The notes beneath the pieces were generated by a model, which did not search any database, had not been told where the DNA came from, and saw nothing but the letters and a program-made list of their open reading frames with translations. Positions 9,601 to 20,600 of a stretch of DNA of 64,000 bases are shown here, one piece after another; the stretch's first letter is position 1, and the number at the start of each line of letters is the position of its first letter. Origin of the DNA: Sedimentisphaeraceae bacterium JB056. GTDB taxonomy: Bacteria > Planctomycetota > Phycisphaerae > Sedimentisphaerales > Sedimentisphaeraceae. The stretch spans positions 96,001-160,000 of the forward strand of contig JBITAJ010000003.1 of the NCBI GenBank assembly GCA_044440125.1, read 5' to 3'. The position numbers and the translations under genes are program-made.

Positions 9601-10413
9601 TTGCTCTATTCAAAAACCTCTGCATTACGCAGTCCATCTTACGAGACTGCCATATCGAATACTTTTGACGTTTTGAAAGAAATGGGCTTGCAAACGGCAG
9701 TAATAACGGAACAAACCATCACCGAAGGCAGTGTGCTTTCAACAGTTCCATCAATAAAGGCTATAATATTGCCAGGTTGCGATTATCTTCCCGATAACGT
9801 ACACGACATAGCCGTAAGTCTTGCCCAGGCTAACAGTATAAGCCTGCTGGGAATCGGAAGTGATATCGCAAAATACAACGAATACTGCTTTTTACGATCA
9901 GAAATATTCCCATCAACGGATTATAACCAAATAACCGATAGCACGCTGAACTCGCTTCAGACATCACTGCCTCAACACTTGGAAAGCCTGGATATCTCAA
10001 CTGATATTACTCCGGAAACTATCAATGGGACAAGATCTTTCGGCTTATACTACAATACAGCAAAGATAGACGGCAAAGATTACATAACCGCTGTAAATAC
10101 GACTCCAAGCACAAAAGAGATTATCTGGAAAGATGCTGACGGTAATCCAGTGGCAATCATTGATGCGATCAATCTGGTTCCAGAGACGACATCTGCGATA
10201 AATGAATACGAGCCGCTTGAAGTTATTTACGGACAGATGGTAAAAGCCGGAGACTCCAACGGAGACACATTCGTTGACATGCAGGATTTTGCAATTATTG
10301 CTAAGAACTGGCACGCTGACGGTAAAAACTGGCAAACAGGTGACTACAGCGGTGACGGATATGTTGATTCAGAAGATTTAATATTGTTCGCAGCTAACTG
10401 GTACAGTGAATAA
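6661..10413 (+). CDS. Secreted 2xLamG + GH42-like (clan GH-A) glycoside hydrolase + double dockerin-like tail
   Basis: Two LamG domains; IMNEP (acid/base-like) and INSENH (nucleophile-like); N..WG..Y.SW GH42-like segment; AEVALLYS trimerisation-like region; tail GDSNGDTFVDMQDF...NW...GDYSGDGYVDSEDL...NW. Confidence 0.82.
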   Translation: MKFFGWLVLFLLSVHSVIFGNTIAFYDFEEGSDGTGGTGTAPAQTGWVSDSAGDNHGTPYIYGDKPYYIKSQESNLALSFGVAKNAIQFNNSSVFQWPENSSRTIEFFIRRDGNGSDGSTTEFIMSKGYASSGGWQIYFYRTAKTIRFQAQSAVMESTTSFEDTVWHHVAITHEANSETYELYVDYEKEAEITGYSSGSVTSAAFFVGRGYGWQELRVFNGAIDNIRISDQNLSPEQFQQLNTDLLLSFEEGTDGSGTQGQAPSDAGWIVSTYNPAIASATASPGGEGPIYSHYNETQLCMEFTGNTADYITIPDSDIIDISEEENITIELYFKVLNENFVSSPLNWLMCKGFTDSSSNGWGIYWNESDDKITFNISGQSVTSQTTINDGYWYHFAITHEASTGIYNLYIDHQFQGRIESSYSGSLNSEDLIIGRGWDWQYNRDFIGSIDEFKISSEVYNEQQFMPLPVKQIDLTTRVSNLNKLAEKLETAGQLDYYGNMRNKLVQKFLPYIETLNQDGNTELADYAEADIERITTEETSRLGAILNGELPQTYTPRRVADQMPVHTNGHLQQQVQWPDNTTETRPVFLYGFCAEQQNFRPDAEFIGNDLGCNYLQVFTGPRYVMPDESMWDTDNPSQSTLDAGVIGSYQSAIADAYNNGIITDLNISPHWIQNWFIDNHPEYYADLGGFMKYTLNQAEVKEIIGWSSRLLIEELSTQTGLWSCCIMNEPCYFRWTDDPDTSSLWTNYLQNFYSNNIATANSNWGKSYSSWTNITQYLYPPSTPYPAYPELYDWMKFNDTRIRDWALWLQTYVKAANSSLYTHIKQNNRFYTQFNVMQGSDIDLLSKCTDLPGTDVGLYSWNPSSPSNTELYGVSSTLPMTTQRTVTGRPIINSENHILRDNNSEPIEQGHVRASMWLQALSGMDAMSAWIWGYDPTDELSTGLWKNRPGATEELARTGMDLMRLMPQIVEFREKPAEVALLYSKTSALRSPSYETAISNTFDVLKEMGLQTAVITEQTITEGSVLSTVPSIKAIILPGCDYLPDNVHDIAVSLAQANSISLLGIGSDIAKYNEYCFLRSEIFPSTDYNQITDSTLNSLQTSLPQHLESLDISTDITPETINGTRSFGLYYNTAKIDGKDYITAVNTTPSTKEIIWKDADGNPVAIIDAINLVPETTSAINEYEPLEVIYGQMVKAGDSNGDTFVDMQDFAIIAKNWHADGKNWQTGDYSGDGYVDSEDLILFAANWYSE
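7033..7241 (+). repeat. Copy B of the 209-bp inverted repeat
   Basis: About 94% identical to the reverse complement of 4952..5160. Confidence 0.9.
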
Positions 10414-10538
10414 CTGAAACCACATTTCCCGATAAAACAGAAAGAAATAAGGCAAGGATGCAACCTGGCATTGCAGTAGCAGTGCTGACTCTTGCTATGT
10501 CAAAATATATGGAGAGTCGATATTTCAAAACAGATAAA

Positions 10539-10566
10539 TTGATCACTATGATCAGAATGTTATAAT
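10539..10566 (+). promoter_or_regulatory. Promoter for the 10600 gene, with a symmetric TGATCA-CTA-TGATCA box
   Basis: TTGATC (10539-10544), 16 bp, TATAAT (10561-10566) with TGn extension; box at 10540-10554. Confidence 0.55.
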
Positions 10567-10599
10567 TTAATTTACATTAAAGTTGTTAAGAGGTTAGAA

Positions 10600-13500
10600 A
10601 TGAAATTAATGTTGAAATTGTTATTGGTAACAATATGTTGTATTACTTTTGCGGATGCTCAGCAATATCCCAAGCCAGAGCAGCTCAAAAAAGAATACGA
10701 ATCACTTGCAGAACTCTCTGATCGCGCGGCATCACAAGGCAAACTCGATCAATACGGAGTGATGCGAAAGATGCTTCTGGAAAGATTTATTGAGTATCTT
10801 CCAAATGACATAGAACAATACCCTGAATTATCAAGTTATGCAGCAAGGGATATACAAAAAATAATAGAAGATGAGAATCAGAGACTAAGAGACATCCTGC
10901 TGGATAAATACGAACCAGTCAAAACAGTCAAAAGAATACCAACAGAAAAGCCTGAAATATCAGACGGTCATTTTGAACAGACTGTAGAGTGGAGTGATGG
11001 AACTATAGAAAAAGACCGCCCTGTTTACATGTTCGGATTCGGTCATTTCCATAACATGAGAAACGATATTGAATGGCTCGGCAAACTTGGAATCAACTAC
11101 TGCGAAACAGAAATTGGACCAAGAGAGTCGCTAAAAAGCGAAACTGAAGTAAACGAAGATATGATAAAATACTACAGAAGTTTTGTTAATAAAGCATACG
11201 ACTCCGGCGTATTGGTCGACCTGCTTCTTTCCCCACACTACACACCAGGATGGGCCAAAGAAAAATATCCTGAGCTTTACCCGCACCTCGGAGGATTCCT
11301 CAGAATAAACATGTACAACCCGATCGTCAACAAAATAGTTGATAGACATATAGACAAGACACTGGGCATAATAGGCAAAGAGCCGGGTCTATGGACTATA
11401 TGTGCTTCAAATGAGCCTGTCGCGTTCCTATGGAGTAACGTCCCTGAAATGAAAGGTATGTGGCTAAGATACCTGAAAGACCAATACGGCAGTCTTGATA
11501 ATATCAACAAAAAATGGCAGACAGAATACAAAACATGGCAAGAAATACCGGCATATCTCACTCCTCCTTCTCGACCGTTTCCAGAAGAACCTGCCCTGTT
11601 TGATTGGATGAGATTCAATGATTCCAGCTTCGCCGCATGGCACGGATCGCTCGAGGAAGAGATAGACAGCGTATTAGATAAAAACAACTATGAAAAACGT
11701 CCTGTTCAAATTAAAATGATAGAACGTTCTTTCAGACAATACGATCTCATGCAAGGCGGAGATCCATACGAATTCGGAAAGTACTTCGACCTCAACGGCA
11801 TGGATGGCGGCAGTTATCCTTTTAAGGTTGATTCAGATGAAAAGATGGCATTAGGTATCCGTGGTGCAACTCTCAAAAACATTCTCCTTAGAAGTATAAA
11901 CAAACTGCCTGTCGTTAATACAGAAAATCACCTGCTTCGTGACAGATACACCAATGACATTCTTCCCGGTCATATAAGGGCAAGTATGTGGCTCCAGCTT
12001 CTTACTGGGCAGCACGGTTCAGTTGCATGGGCATGGGAACGAAGAGACAAAGAGAAAAGCAATATATTTAAGGGACTCTTTCAATACAGACCTCTTCAGA
12101 CAGAAGAATATATGCGAACAGGATTTGATGCAATGCGTCTGATGCCTTACATAACGGCAATTGCAGACTCTGAGCCTCAAATAGGTATACTCTACTCAAG
12201 AGCTTCATTACTTCGAAATGTAGAGGCTAAAGACGAATTGATGAACTGTATAGACGCAGTATATGAACTTGGTATTCCATTCGCATTGATACCGGAACAG
12301 ATGTTCGAAAATAACGAAATAGAAGCAAAACTTCCTGAAGTTAAAACAGTAATACTCGCAGGAGCAACTCACATAACCGATAAAGCAATGACCGGACTTG
12401 ACTATTACCTTAAAATGGGATTCCATGCTAATGAAGCATCTGCAATTGTCATAGGTGATAATATTGCTAAATACAATGAATACTGTCAACAGCGAAGAAA
12501 TGACATATTCAATGACACTGCTGTAATATCTATGTTCATAGATGAAAAAGAAGCTCATGAGCTCAAAAACGACCTGCGTAAAACTCTAAGTTCGATCGAT
12601 ATCTACCCTGAATACCAACTGGTATATGCAGACACACAGGAACCTGTAGAAGGCATGTTCTGGAGAACAGCAAAACTCGACGGCAAGCTCGCTGCATCAG
12701 TTGTAAATGCTACAAGGGAAACAGTAAAATGTATGTGGATAGATGCTGAAGGAAATAAAATGAGCTTCAAAGACGAAAGCTCTCTATCCGGCGTCAAAAC
12801 TTCTACTGTCATTACAATTGAACCGCTTGGAATAAACTGCGGCACTATTTCTGAAGCAAAAGATACTAAAATTAATGCAAAGATAAATCAAGAACCAACG
12901 TTCATGAACAATGAATACCTTGATGCCATACCCGGCAAATACAACCCAGAACTCCATCTTGTAGGCCTCGAATGGCATGGCCCCGGCTACCACTCAATGG
13001 TTCCAAACGGAACATGGGTTCACCGAGCTATCACATCACTAAACTATGCTCTATACCTTTACAAGACAGATATACCTGGAAACATAGAAGAGGCAAATAA
13101 AATAGTAGCCAAAGTAATATCCCTTCAGGACACAGACCCTATGAACAAAACGTTCGGCATATGGTCATGGCTTTACGAAGAGCCTCTAAGTGAAATGAAC
13201 CCACCAGACTGGAACCTCGCTGACTTCTGCGGAAAATGTCTCTGTGAAATATATATTCTTCACAATGAATATCTCCCAGACGAACTTTCAAAAGAAATAA
13301 AGACATCTATCTATAATGCGGCAATGTCTATATTCCGTAGAAATGTCGGACCTGAGTATACCAACATAGCGATTCAGGGTTCAGGAGTTTGTATCTGCGC
13401 AAGCGAGATTCTCGGAAACGAGTTTTTCTACGATTACGGTTTAGAAAAGCTTACAGCAGTTTTCGAGCGAGCAAAAGGACTTGGCGCTTACGATGAATAT

Positions 13501-14580
13501 AACAGTCCTAATTACACCGCATTTGTCCTGACTCTGTGCGAAGATTATAAAAAATTATTCACCACCCCTGAGGCACTTGACGTACTTGAAAACCTGAGAG
13601 TTTTTACATGGCATGATATCGCAAGTCATTATCATCCAGGAACAAATCAATGGGCAGGTCCATTCGCAAGAACATATTCAGACCGAATGAATCCTTCAAA
13701 TGCAGCCTGGATTTCTAAGGTAACCGGATTAGATATTAGACCGCACTATTCATTTACACACACTAAAGTAGCTAAAGATGCAAAATCCAACCTGAAATGT
13801 CCGGAAGAACATAAATCACTTTTCAAAGAGCTCCCATCAGACGAAGTTCTTATAAAGGGACAAAGCAGACGTGCAAGAATTGATGGAATACCTGTATCAC
13901 TTACAACATGGATGGTTGAGGATCTTTGTTTCGGTACTTGTGAGCGTGATAATATGTGGACTCAGAGAAGACCATTCCTTGCATACTGGAAAAGCGATAT
14001 TGAGCCTGCAGTATATCTTAAGGCAAGATTCATGAAGAATGATTATGATTTTGCGTCAATGATTATACACAACGCTCAGGATAGAAATAAGGCATTGACT
14101 TGCTTCTCACCTGTAACAGACAGATCGGATAAGCACGACACTCTTTACAGACCAGAAGACGGCGTATTCAAAACCACAGATATGAGAGCAAGATTTGAGA
14201 TCAACGGCAGAGGCGTAAAAGCTGAGAAAATCAATAACTCTACCTTCCGTCTTTATGACGATGCTTATCAGGCTGTATTCCATGTCAGTGATTCTTATTT
14301 TGCTGGCAAGAAAGTAAAATGGGAAGTCGGCCACGATGAAAACAACACAGCATACCTTGATGCAGTTTGCTATGAAGGCAAAGAAACTGGATTTGATTTC
14401 GACAATCTCAAAGACACATACTTAGTATGTTCTGTTGAAATAATCAAGTCTGACGACAAGCCGGAAATTAAGAGCGGCCCTGTTGTTGAAAATAACAATG
14501 GAGAAATAACCGCTGAATGGCAGACAAAAGACCAGAATCTTAAAATCGAATTCCCAGGATACTGCGTAAAATATTATTGA
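10600..14580 (+). CDS. GH42-like glycoside hydrolase fused to a second, lyase-like (alpha/alpha toroid-type) domain
   Basis: Signal peptide; ASNEP and VNTENH motifs, colinear with the 6661 catalytic domain. From about 12904 an unrelated domain with YTNIA...EYNSPNY and HYHP..QWAGP. No dockerin tail. Confidence 0.75.
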   Translation: MKLMLKLLLVTICCITFADAQQYPKPEQLKKEYESLAELSDRAASQGKLDQYGVMRKMLLERFIEYLPNDIEQYPELSSYAARDIQKIIEDENQRLRDILLDKYEPVKTVKRIPTEKPEISDGHFEQTVEWSDGTIEKDRPVYMFGFGHFHNMRNDIEWLGKLGINYCETEIGPRESLKSETEVNEDMIKYYRSFVNKAYDSGVLVDLLLSPHYTPGWAKEKYPELYPHLGGFLRINMYNPIVNKIVDRHIDKTLGIIGKEPGLWTICASNEPVAFLWSNVPEMKGMWLRYLKDQYGSLDNINKKWQTEYKTWQEIPAYLTPPSRPFPEEPALFDWMRFNDSSFAAWHGSLEEEIDSVLDKNNYEKRPVQIKMIERSFRQYDLMQGGDPYEFGKYFDLNGMDGGSYPFKVDSDEKMALGIRGATLKNILLRSINKLPVVNTENHLLRDRYTNDILPGHIRASMWLQLLTGQHGSVAWAWERRDKEKSNIFKGLFQYRPLQTEEYMRTGFDAMRLMPYITAIADSEPQIGILYSRASLLRNVEAKDELMNCIDAVYELGIPFALIPEQMFENNEIEAKLPEVKTVILAGATHITDKAMTGLDYYLKMGFHANEASAIVIGDNIAKYNEYCQQRRNDIFNDTAVISMFIDEKEAHELKNDLRKTLSSIDIYPEYQLVYADTQEPVEGMFWRTAKLDGKLAASVVNATRETVKCMWIDAEGNKMSFKDESSLSGVKTSTVITIEPLGINCGTISEAKDTKINAKINQEPTFMNNEYLDAIPGKYNPELHLVGLEWHGPGYHSMVPNGTWVHRAITSLNYALYLYKTDIPGNIEEANKIVAKVISLQDTDPMNKTFGIWSWLYEEPLSEMNPPDWNLADFCGKCLCEIYILHNEYLPDELSKEIKTSIYNAAMSIFRRNVGPEYTNIAIQGSGVCICASEILGNEFFYDYGLEKLTAVFERAKGLGAYDEYNSPNYTAFVLTLCEDYKKLFTTPEALDVLENLRVFTWHDIASHYHPGTNQWAGPFARTYSDRMNPSNAAWISKVTGLDIRPHYSFTHTKVAKDAKSNLKCPEEHKSLFKELPSDEVLIKGQSRRARIDGIPVSLTTWMVEDLCFGTCERDNMWTQRRPFLAYWKSDIEPAVYLKARFMKNDYDFASMIIHNAQDRNKALTCFSPVTDRSDKHDTLYRPEDGVFKTTDMRARFEINGRGVKAEKINNSTFRLYDDAYQAVFHVSDSYFAGKKVKWEVGHDENNTAYLDAVCYEGKETGFDFDNLKDTYLVCSVEIIKSDDKPEIKSGPVVENNNGEITAEWQTKDQNLKIEFPGYCVKYY

Positions 14581-14631
14581 TTCTTATTAGTGCAGAAAAC
14601 ACTCAAGAATCAGATCGTAATAGCTTTTTGC

Positions 14632-14668
14632 TTTACTGCTGGCCCAAAATAAGCGGGCCAGCAGTAAA
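14632..14668. terminator. Bidirectional terminator between convergent modules 1 and 2
   Basis: Perfect 14-bp stem TTTACTGCTGGCCC / GGGCCAGCAGTAAA. Confidence 0.8.
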
Positions 14669-14725
14669 TATAAGAACGATATTCTCAAGTTTGCCCGCAA
14701 CAGTACCAAGATCAACTTAAGTGTT

Positions 14726-16468
14726 TCAAGGAGCAAACACTGCGATATTAAGCGATGCTGTATCGGAGCCACCATTACTGTCTGTAACCTGTACCTCAAA
14801 CGTATTCAGACCAACATCACTGGAAGAAGGCGTACCTGAAAGTCCGCCATTTGAAGCAACGCTAAGCCAGGCAGGACCTGATATCTTTGAAAAAGTCAGA
14901 GTATCGTCTTCATAATCTTCGGCATCATCTGCCAAAGTAGAACTGTACGCCTGACCATAAGTTGCGTCAGTCTCATTAATATAGCCTGTTGCTATCTCAT
15001 CAGCAGGCATATCCGCAGACGCCAAATCCCAAACCTCTTCAGGACTGATAACAGTATCAAAAACTGCAAAATCATCGACAACACCATCATAGTGATAAGT
15101 CCCCCCAGCCCTATTACATAATCCAAACCTGAAGCCTCCCTGCAGATACTGCATGCTGCTATCAGAATCAACCTCATAACCATTAATATAGAGCTTCCCT
15201 GTGCCGGTATAAGTACCCGTCCCTGATGTAACCTCGTAAGTATAGGCAATATGATTCCACTGATACTGAACAATAACTTCATCTGAAATAAGCGTCCCAC
15301 CAGTTCCGCCATAAGTGCTAACTCTCCAATTACTGCCGGATGTATACAGTGCATACCCCCCTGTCAGAGAAGCCGGCATCGATAAAGCCATAAATGAGCT
15401 CGGCGCATGAGATGATGCCCAGAAAACAACACTGTGAGATCCATCAGGGTATATCGCCGGAGAGGTATCAGAAAGCTTAATATCATAACCATTGGTCGGA
15501 TTAAAATTACCCGAACCACCCCATATTCCATTAGAATAATATGCTGGCGAAGTAGTGTAATTAGTCAATAAATCATTGCCGTTTCCTGAATCATCAGAGG
15601 CTAAGTCAGAAGAATCATCAAAACTATAATAAGCAGAAGGACTTAAAAAATCATTACTGATAAAATACGGCGAATAATTTTCACCATCTGCGGGGTCAAC
15701 ATCTGATAAACTTGTGCCATAGGCAACAGCATCATGGTAAACAATACGTTCATCAGAATCGGTGGCAGATGTATCCCATGTACTTTTATAAACACCCCAC
15801 TTAAAGTAGCCTTCATTCTGATTTATAAGATTCAGTCCAGAATAATTAACAACTTGAGTATAAGAAGGATTCTGTGCTTCCTTATACCATAATTGTGTAA
15901 TACCGGTATTACCAGATTCCCACTCAGGTACAACTCGCAAGACAAAATCATACCACTTACCTGTCTCATACGGACATAAATCAACAAAAACAGATTCATC
16001 AACTACGTTATCACCATTACCACTATCATCATATTGATAATGGGCAACAAGTTTACCCTCATCAGATAAAACAGAAAAGAAAGGACCTGCACTGAATTGT
16101 TTTATCTGAAACAAAACATCAGAATTGGTATCATACTGATAACCAGGTACAAGGAGCAGGGAAAAACCAAACCACCTCTCAACTCCCGGCACTATCGCAT
16201 TTGGAGTAAGAGACATAGCATCGCTTTCCGCCCTTGAGCCAAATGCTGTCTGATCGCCATAAACAAGCCTTGTCTTCAATGACCATGAACCTATTCTGGC
16301 ATAATCCTGACTCGCCTGTATTCTGTCGGAATAGGCTTCCACAACACCTATAAGTGAATTATTATCATCATCATAGCCAGTCTCATAACCTGCTTCAAGA
16401 AGTACAGATGCACTTGCGCAACTGTAAATGAACAAAAACACCAATAGACTTACACTTACTTTAACCAT
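14726..16468 (-). CDS. Secreted polysaccharide lyase-like protein (heparin lyase I/PF14099-like jelly roll) + LamG (module-2 subtype) + cadherin/He_PIG Ig domain
   Basis: RAE...ERWFGFS...LFQIK...GKWYDFV...GYFKWGVYK; AYYSFDD...IYPDGS...FRFGLCNRAGG; GPAWLSVASNGGLSGTP...FEVQVTD. Confidence 0.72.
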   Translation of the reverse strand: MVKVSVSLLVFLFIYSCASASVLLEAGYETGYDDDNNSLIGVVEAYSDRIQASQDYARIGSWSLKTRLVYGDQTAFGSRAESDAMSLTPNAIVPGVERWFGFSLLLVPGYQYDTNSDVLFQIKQFSAGPFFSVLSDEGKLVAHYQYDDSGNGDNVVDESVFVDLCPYETGKWYDFVLRVVPEWESGNTGITQLWYKEAQNPSYTQVVNYSGLNLINQNEGYFKWGVYKSTWDTSATDSDERIVYHDAVAYGTSLSDVDPADGENYSPYFISNDFLSPSAYYSFDDSSDLASDDSGNGNDLLTNYTTSPAYYSNGIWGGSGNFNPTNGYDIKLSDTSPAIYPDGSHSVVFWASSHAPSSFMALSMPASLTGGYALYTSGSNWRVSTYGGTGGTLISDEVIVQYQWNHIAYTYEVTSGTGTYTGTGKLYINGYEVDSDSSMQYLQGGFRFGLCNRAGGTYHYDGVVDDFAVFDTVISPEEVWDLASADMPADEIATGYINETDATYGQAYSSTLADDAEDYEDDTLTFSKISGPAWLSVASNGGLSGTPSSSDVGLNTFEVQVTDSNGGSDTASLNIAVFAP

Positions 16469-16572
16469 AACAAATCTCCTGTAAAAATATTAATAATAGG
16501 TAAATATTCAAAATTTCATCAAAAACACTATTGTTTTAGCAAAACTTCTCTACCTTCAAATAGTCATTTAAA

Positions 16573-17607
16573 TCAACAATCTCTGCACCCCTCAATGATC
16601 TCTATTAATCTTCTTGACTCTTCAATACCAACAAAAGGTTTCTGATTGCAGGCGAAATATTCGTAACATTTTTGATAATAATCAACAGGTTCAAAATCAG
16701 AGAGTCTGAATTCCTGAAGCCGCCACGGTATCTTTTCTCCATTAGTGTAACATCTGCCCTCTGCTGCAAGTTCTTTATTTATAGAAACGTTCTTTAGTTC
16801 TTCAGGCATAAAGTATTTAACTCGCCAAACATTTGAACTCTCATCAAGCACAGCACTGCCGCAACTTCCTAAAACCATCCACGGACGCATCTCAAAGGCT
16901 GCAGCCATATTTATATCGATATCAAGAATTATGCCGTCTGATGTTTCGAAAACAACCTTAACAACATCATCGGCATCTCCAAGACATGCTATGTTTTTAG
17001 TAATACATTGCGTTGAAACAATATTGCTTCCAGCAAGATAAAGTAGTTGATCTATGTAGTGTGCCCCATAATTATTCAGCATTCCGCCTCCATTAGACAA
17101 AAATGCCTGCCAATCATTACGTCGTCTGAATTCACTGCAGGCTCGCTTTATCATGTATATATCGCCAAGAACTCCTGATGATATTATATGCTGAAGCCCC
17201 ACCATATCACTGAAACCTCTATGAGGCTGATATGCCATAAATTTACGATTCAATCGTTTTTGAGCACCAATAATCTGATCTATCTCTTTTGTAGAAGGGG
17301 CTACAGGTTTTTCACAGAAAACATCACTGCCATGTTCAAATGCCTCGATGGCCTGTTTACAATGAAACTTTGTAGGAGAAGCAATAACAACCAAATCAGG
17401 CTTTTCAGTCCTAAGCATTTCGCTGTAATCAACATAGCCTTTGACAGTGAAAGTTTCCCGGGCTTCCAGAAGTCGTTCTTTCAAAGGATCAACAACAGCA
17501 ACAAGCTTGAAGCTGTTATTTGATATTATTTGCGGCAAATGATATTGCCATCCGATTCTGCCTAAACCAACCACTGCCGTCCTTAGCTGTCTATTATCAT
17601 GCTGCAT
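16573..17607 (-). CDS. Gfo/Idh/MocA family oxidoreductase
   Basis: VVGLGRIG Rossmann motif, VFCEKP, GGMLNNYGAHYIDQ. Confidence 0.93.
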   Translation of the reverse strand: MQHDNRQLRTAVVGLGRIGWQYHLPQIISNNSFKLVAVVDPLKERLLEARETFTVKGYVDYSEMLRTEKPDLVVIASPTKFHCKQAIEAFEHGSDVFCEKPVAPSTKEIDQIIGAQKRLNRKFMAYQPHRGFSDMVGLQHIISSGVLGDIYMIKRACSEFRRRNDWQAFLSNGGGMLNNYGAHYIDQLLYLAGSNIVSTQCITKNIACLGDADDVVKVVFETSDGIILDIDINMAAAFEMRPWMVLGSCGSAVLDESSNVWRVKYFMPEELKNVSINKELAAEGRCYTNGEKIPWRLQEFRLSDFEPVDYYQKCYEYFACNQKPFVGIEESRRLIEIIEGCRDC

Positions 17608-17659
17608 ATTTTTCTCTGATTCTCATAAAGTTATTTATCTGTAAAAATCAAGTTTTTAC

Positions 17660-20600
17660 TTATTTATCGGTATCAAGTATACTTTGAATAAAAGGTGCCA
17701 GCTTATCAGCTATCATGTAATAGCCTCTGTCGGTCAAATGAACACCATCAACACTCGGATGGTCTCCGCCGGCCTTGATAATATCTCCGGCATCAAATAT
17801 ATACACATTCTTATCACCTTCATCCTTCAAGTTCTTATATGTCTTATGGAGAGCATTATGCTGTCTCTTATAGAAATCAGCTGTCATCCAACTTCCATAA
17901 GGTTCAATTTCCCGTGCATAATGAGGCTTTGTCATAAGTATAATCGGTGTTTCTGGACGTTTATCTCTCACTATACTCACAAATTTTTCGTATCGGTTAT
18001 CCATAAGTTCAGGAGTCATGTTAGCTACCTGATCAAATATATAAACGGAAGCATCAATCTCCGCTATAAGTTTTGCAACTTCCGGCTCGCTGCATCCGCT
18101 TCCGGAAAAACCAAGATTAACAACATCAGCCCCAAGCCTACGGCCTATCTGCGCAACGTAGCCATTTGAGCCTCTGCTTGAGCAGCCGCTCTGCGTAATT
18201 GATGTGCCGTAAACGACTATAGGCTTTTCGATCAAATACTTGTCGGGTTTTAATACTTCACAATCAACATCTAAACCTATCTCAAGACTTTTAAGCGGAA
18301 TATAAGTTGGCAGATACAATGTATACTGCCTAATCTTTTTGGGTAAATTCTCAAAATATACATGCTCATATACCCCATTGGCTTTCTGAGGGCGGGTCAC
18401 CTTCCAGAAATCAGGATCTTTGACGCCGCCGATATACAAATCTATTCCACTGACACCAACAGAGCTCATATGATACATATCAAGGCTGTCAGGATTACTC
18501 TGTCCATGATTTATTTTAAGCCTCATAGAAGTTGAGTCTGTCTTAAAACGAACTCTTGCCGTACTGGGGCAAAGACTCTGTACCCAAGCTTTATGTGTTA
18601 TATTGGCTTCTTCATCAAGCGGAAGTCTCACAAAAGCACCATCATTATATTCAAACCATGCAAGGCCGTTTACTTCAACAGATTTATCTTTTGATACATC
18701 TATCCACTTCAAAGCAGATTTTTTATCAACATCAGCCTTTTGGTTTTCAAGGTCATACGTAAAGACATATTCTTCAGAATCAATTGCAATACTAACCTCT
18801 GCATGTTTACCCCCTGCTTCTGAGAGTGATTCTATACTAACCTGCGGTACTTCCAGCGTTTCATAGGGTAATACAACAGTTACGAATCTTACCGCATCTT
18901 GAGTTGACTTATGAATACTGTATGCAAATGCGGGTCTGGCAGTTTTCTTTCCGTACTCATAAGAAACCCAGCCGTCTTCCTGTTCAAGAGTCAAGCCTCC
19001 TTGCGGCAATCCCGCTACAAGCAAATTCGCTCCCTGCTCAAAATCTGTTCTTGCAGCTAAGTCCTCAAATACAGCCTTGCAGGGTTCAAAGGCATAATGC
19101 AAACGTAAGTCGCCCTCAGCCTTTCCGATAGCATCATCTACAATTACAAAGAAGTCTTTGTTAAAAAAAACGGCCCTGCGATGTTTCAAGTCTTTATAAC
19201 TCTGGTTTTCTATAACAAGAACATCAAGTTCATCACTTGTATTCCATAATAACAAATTTGGCTTGCATGCGATATTTTCGTTATTCAGTGTTAATGTCTG
19301 ATGTGATGCAGTGCGTCGAAACCAGTTTCTTTCTTTATCATTTCCACTGTAAATAAAACAGCCAGAATCCGGCATAAAATGTCTGCCTTTAGCGTAGAGT
19401 TCGAAAGAACCGTTGTCCGGCTGAGCATGAAAATAACCTTCCGGACCACACTTCAAAATCATAGCCGTCGCATTCTGCCCCCATCCATTTCGCATAGTGT
19501 AAAAACCGCCATTTTTGAGAGCGATAGAAGTTTGCTGCGGGGCTTTGCCTTCTGAGCCTTTTGTCGCAAAGTAGAGGAAATCATCTCTATCGTAAGCATC
19601 TGCCCATTTACGGAAATAATTACTGAGCTTATCCTGCCCGCCTTTCCACGCGTCACCAAACTGTGCAACGGTAAAGTCGGGCAGGGAAAATACATAGTTA
19701 GCAACGATCATCTTTTCTATAGTATCACTATAGCTTTCAGGAAATTCTCCCGTATAGCCGTTACTGCCTGCAATAGTAAATGCGTTGAGAAAAGTATTAA
19801 TCGCACCAGAATGATAGCTTGGCGAAAGTTCAAAGTGCATACCGTCATCAAATGCCTGCAGCTTTATCTCTTTATTAAACAGCCCTATTGCACTCTCACG
19901 CCACGAAGGTGCATCCTTGAACTCATAGAAGCAAACACCCGCATAGATAACCCCCTGAGCTTCAAACAAGGCATGATTACCAATAGCACTGTAATTTTTC
20001 GTCACATATTCAGCCTGCTCATGATAACTTTTAAGGAACTGCATGAGTACTTTGGGTGTAAATTCAGGAGAACTTACGAAATACTGGAATATATTGGCCC
20101 AACTGCGGAGCCTGCTGCCGACCTCAAGCGGTCTCCAGGCGATTTTTTCATCCTCAACACAAGGATTATCTTCTATCCAGTCGAGAAGCTGAAATACCCA
20201 TTCAGCCGCATATTTTTCATCGCCGCTGCTCCAGTAGGCTTTACCCATTGACGGCCACCAGTACATCCGATGCAATTGCCATATCCATTCTTTATCCGAA
20301 ACCGGATTTTTCAACCAATCGATATCTTTGCCAAGAAAGTATGCCGGATAAGACTTCTGGCCTACAAGTTTACGCTCTAATGCATTGCTTGCCCATTGTG
20401 TATCAGTCTCACCAAGCGGTTTACCCAAGGCTTGCTGTTTGTCAGATTTATCAACAATGCCTTTAACTGTACTTCTGCTTCTATAATATCTTAGCAACTC
20501 CTGAGCGGCAAGGTCATAGTCTTCTTTTTCGTAAGCCTGCTTAACTTCTTTTAATTCAGGTTGAGTTAAATCAAGCAGGTCAAAGACGATCTTATATTCA

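Noticed and set aside
10414..10538. Possible structured RNA or gene remnant between the GH42-like twins
   Set aside because: Only weak pairing (GCAAG/CTTGC) and no recognisable riboswitch or protein motif
14587..14726. Frameshifted dockerin tail for the 14726 gene
   Set aside because: No D-x-N-x-D...W motif seen downstream, and a strong terminator hairpin follows
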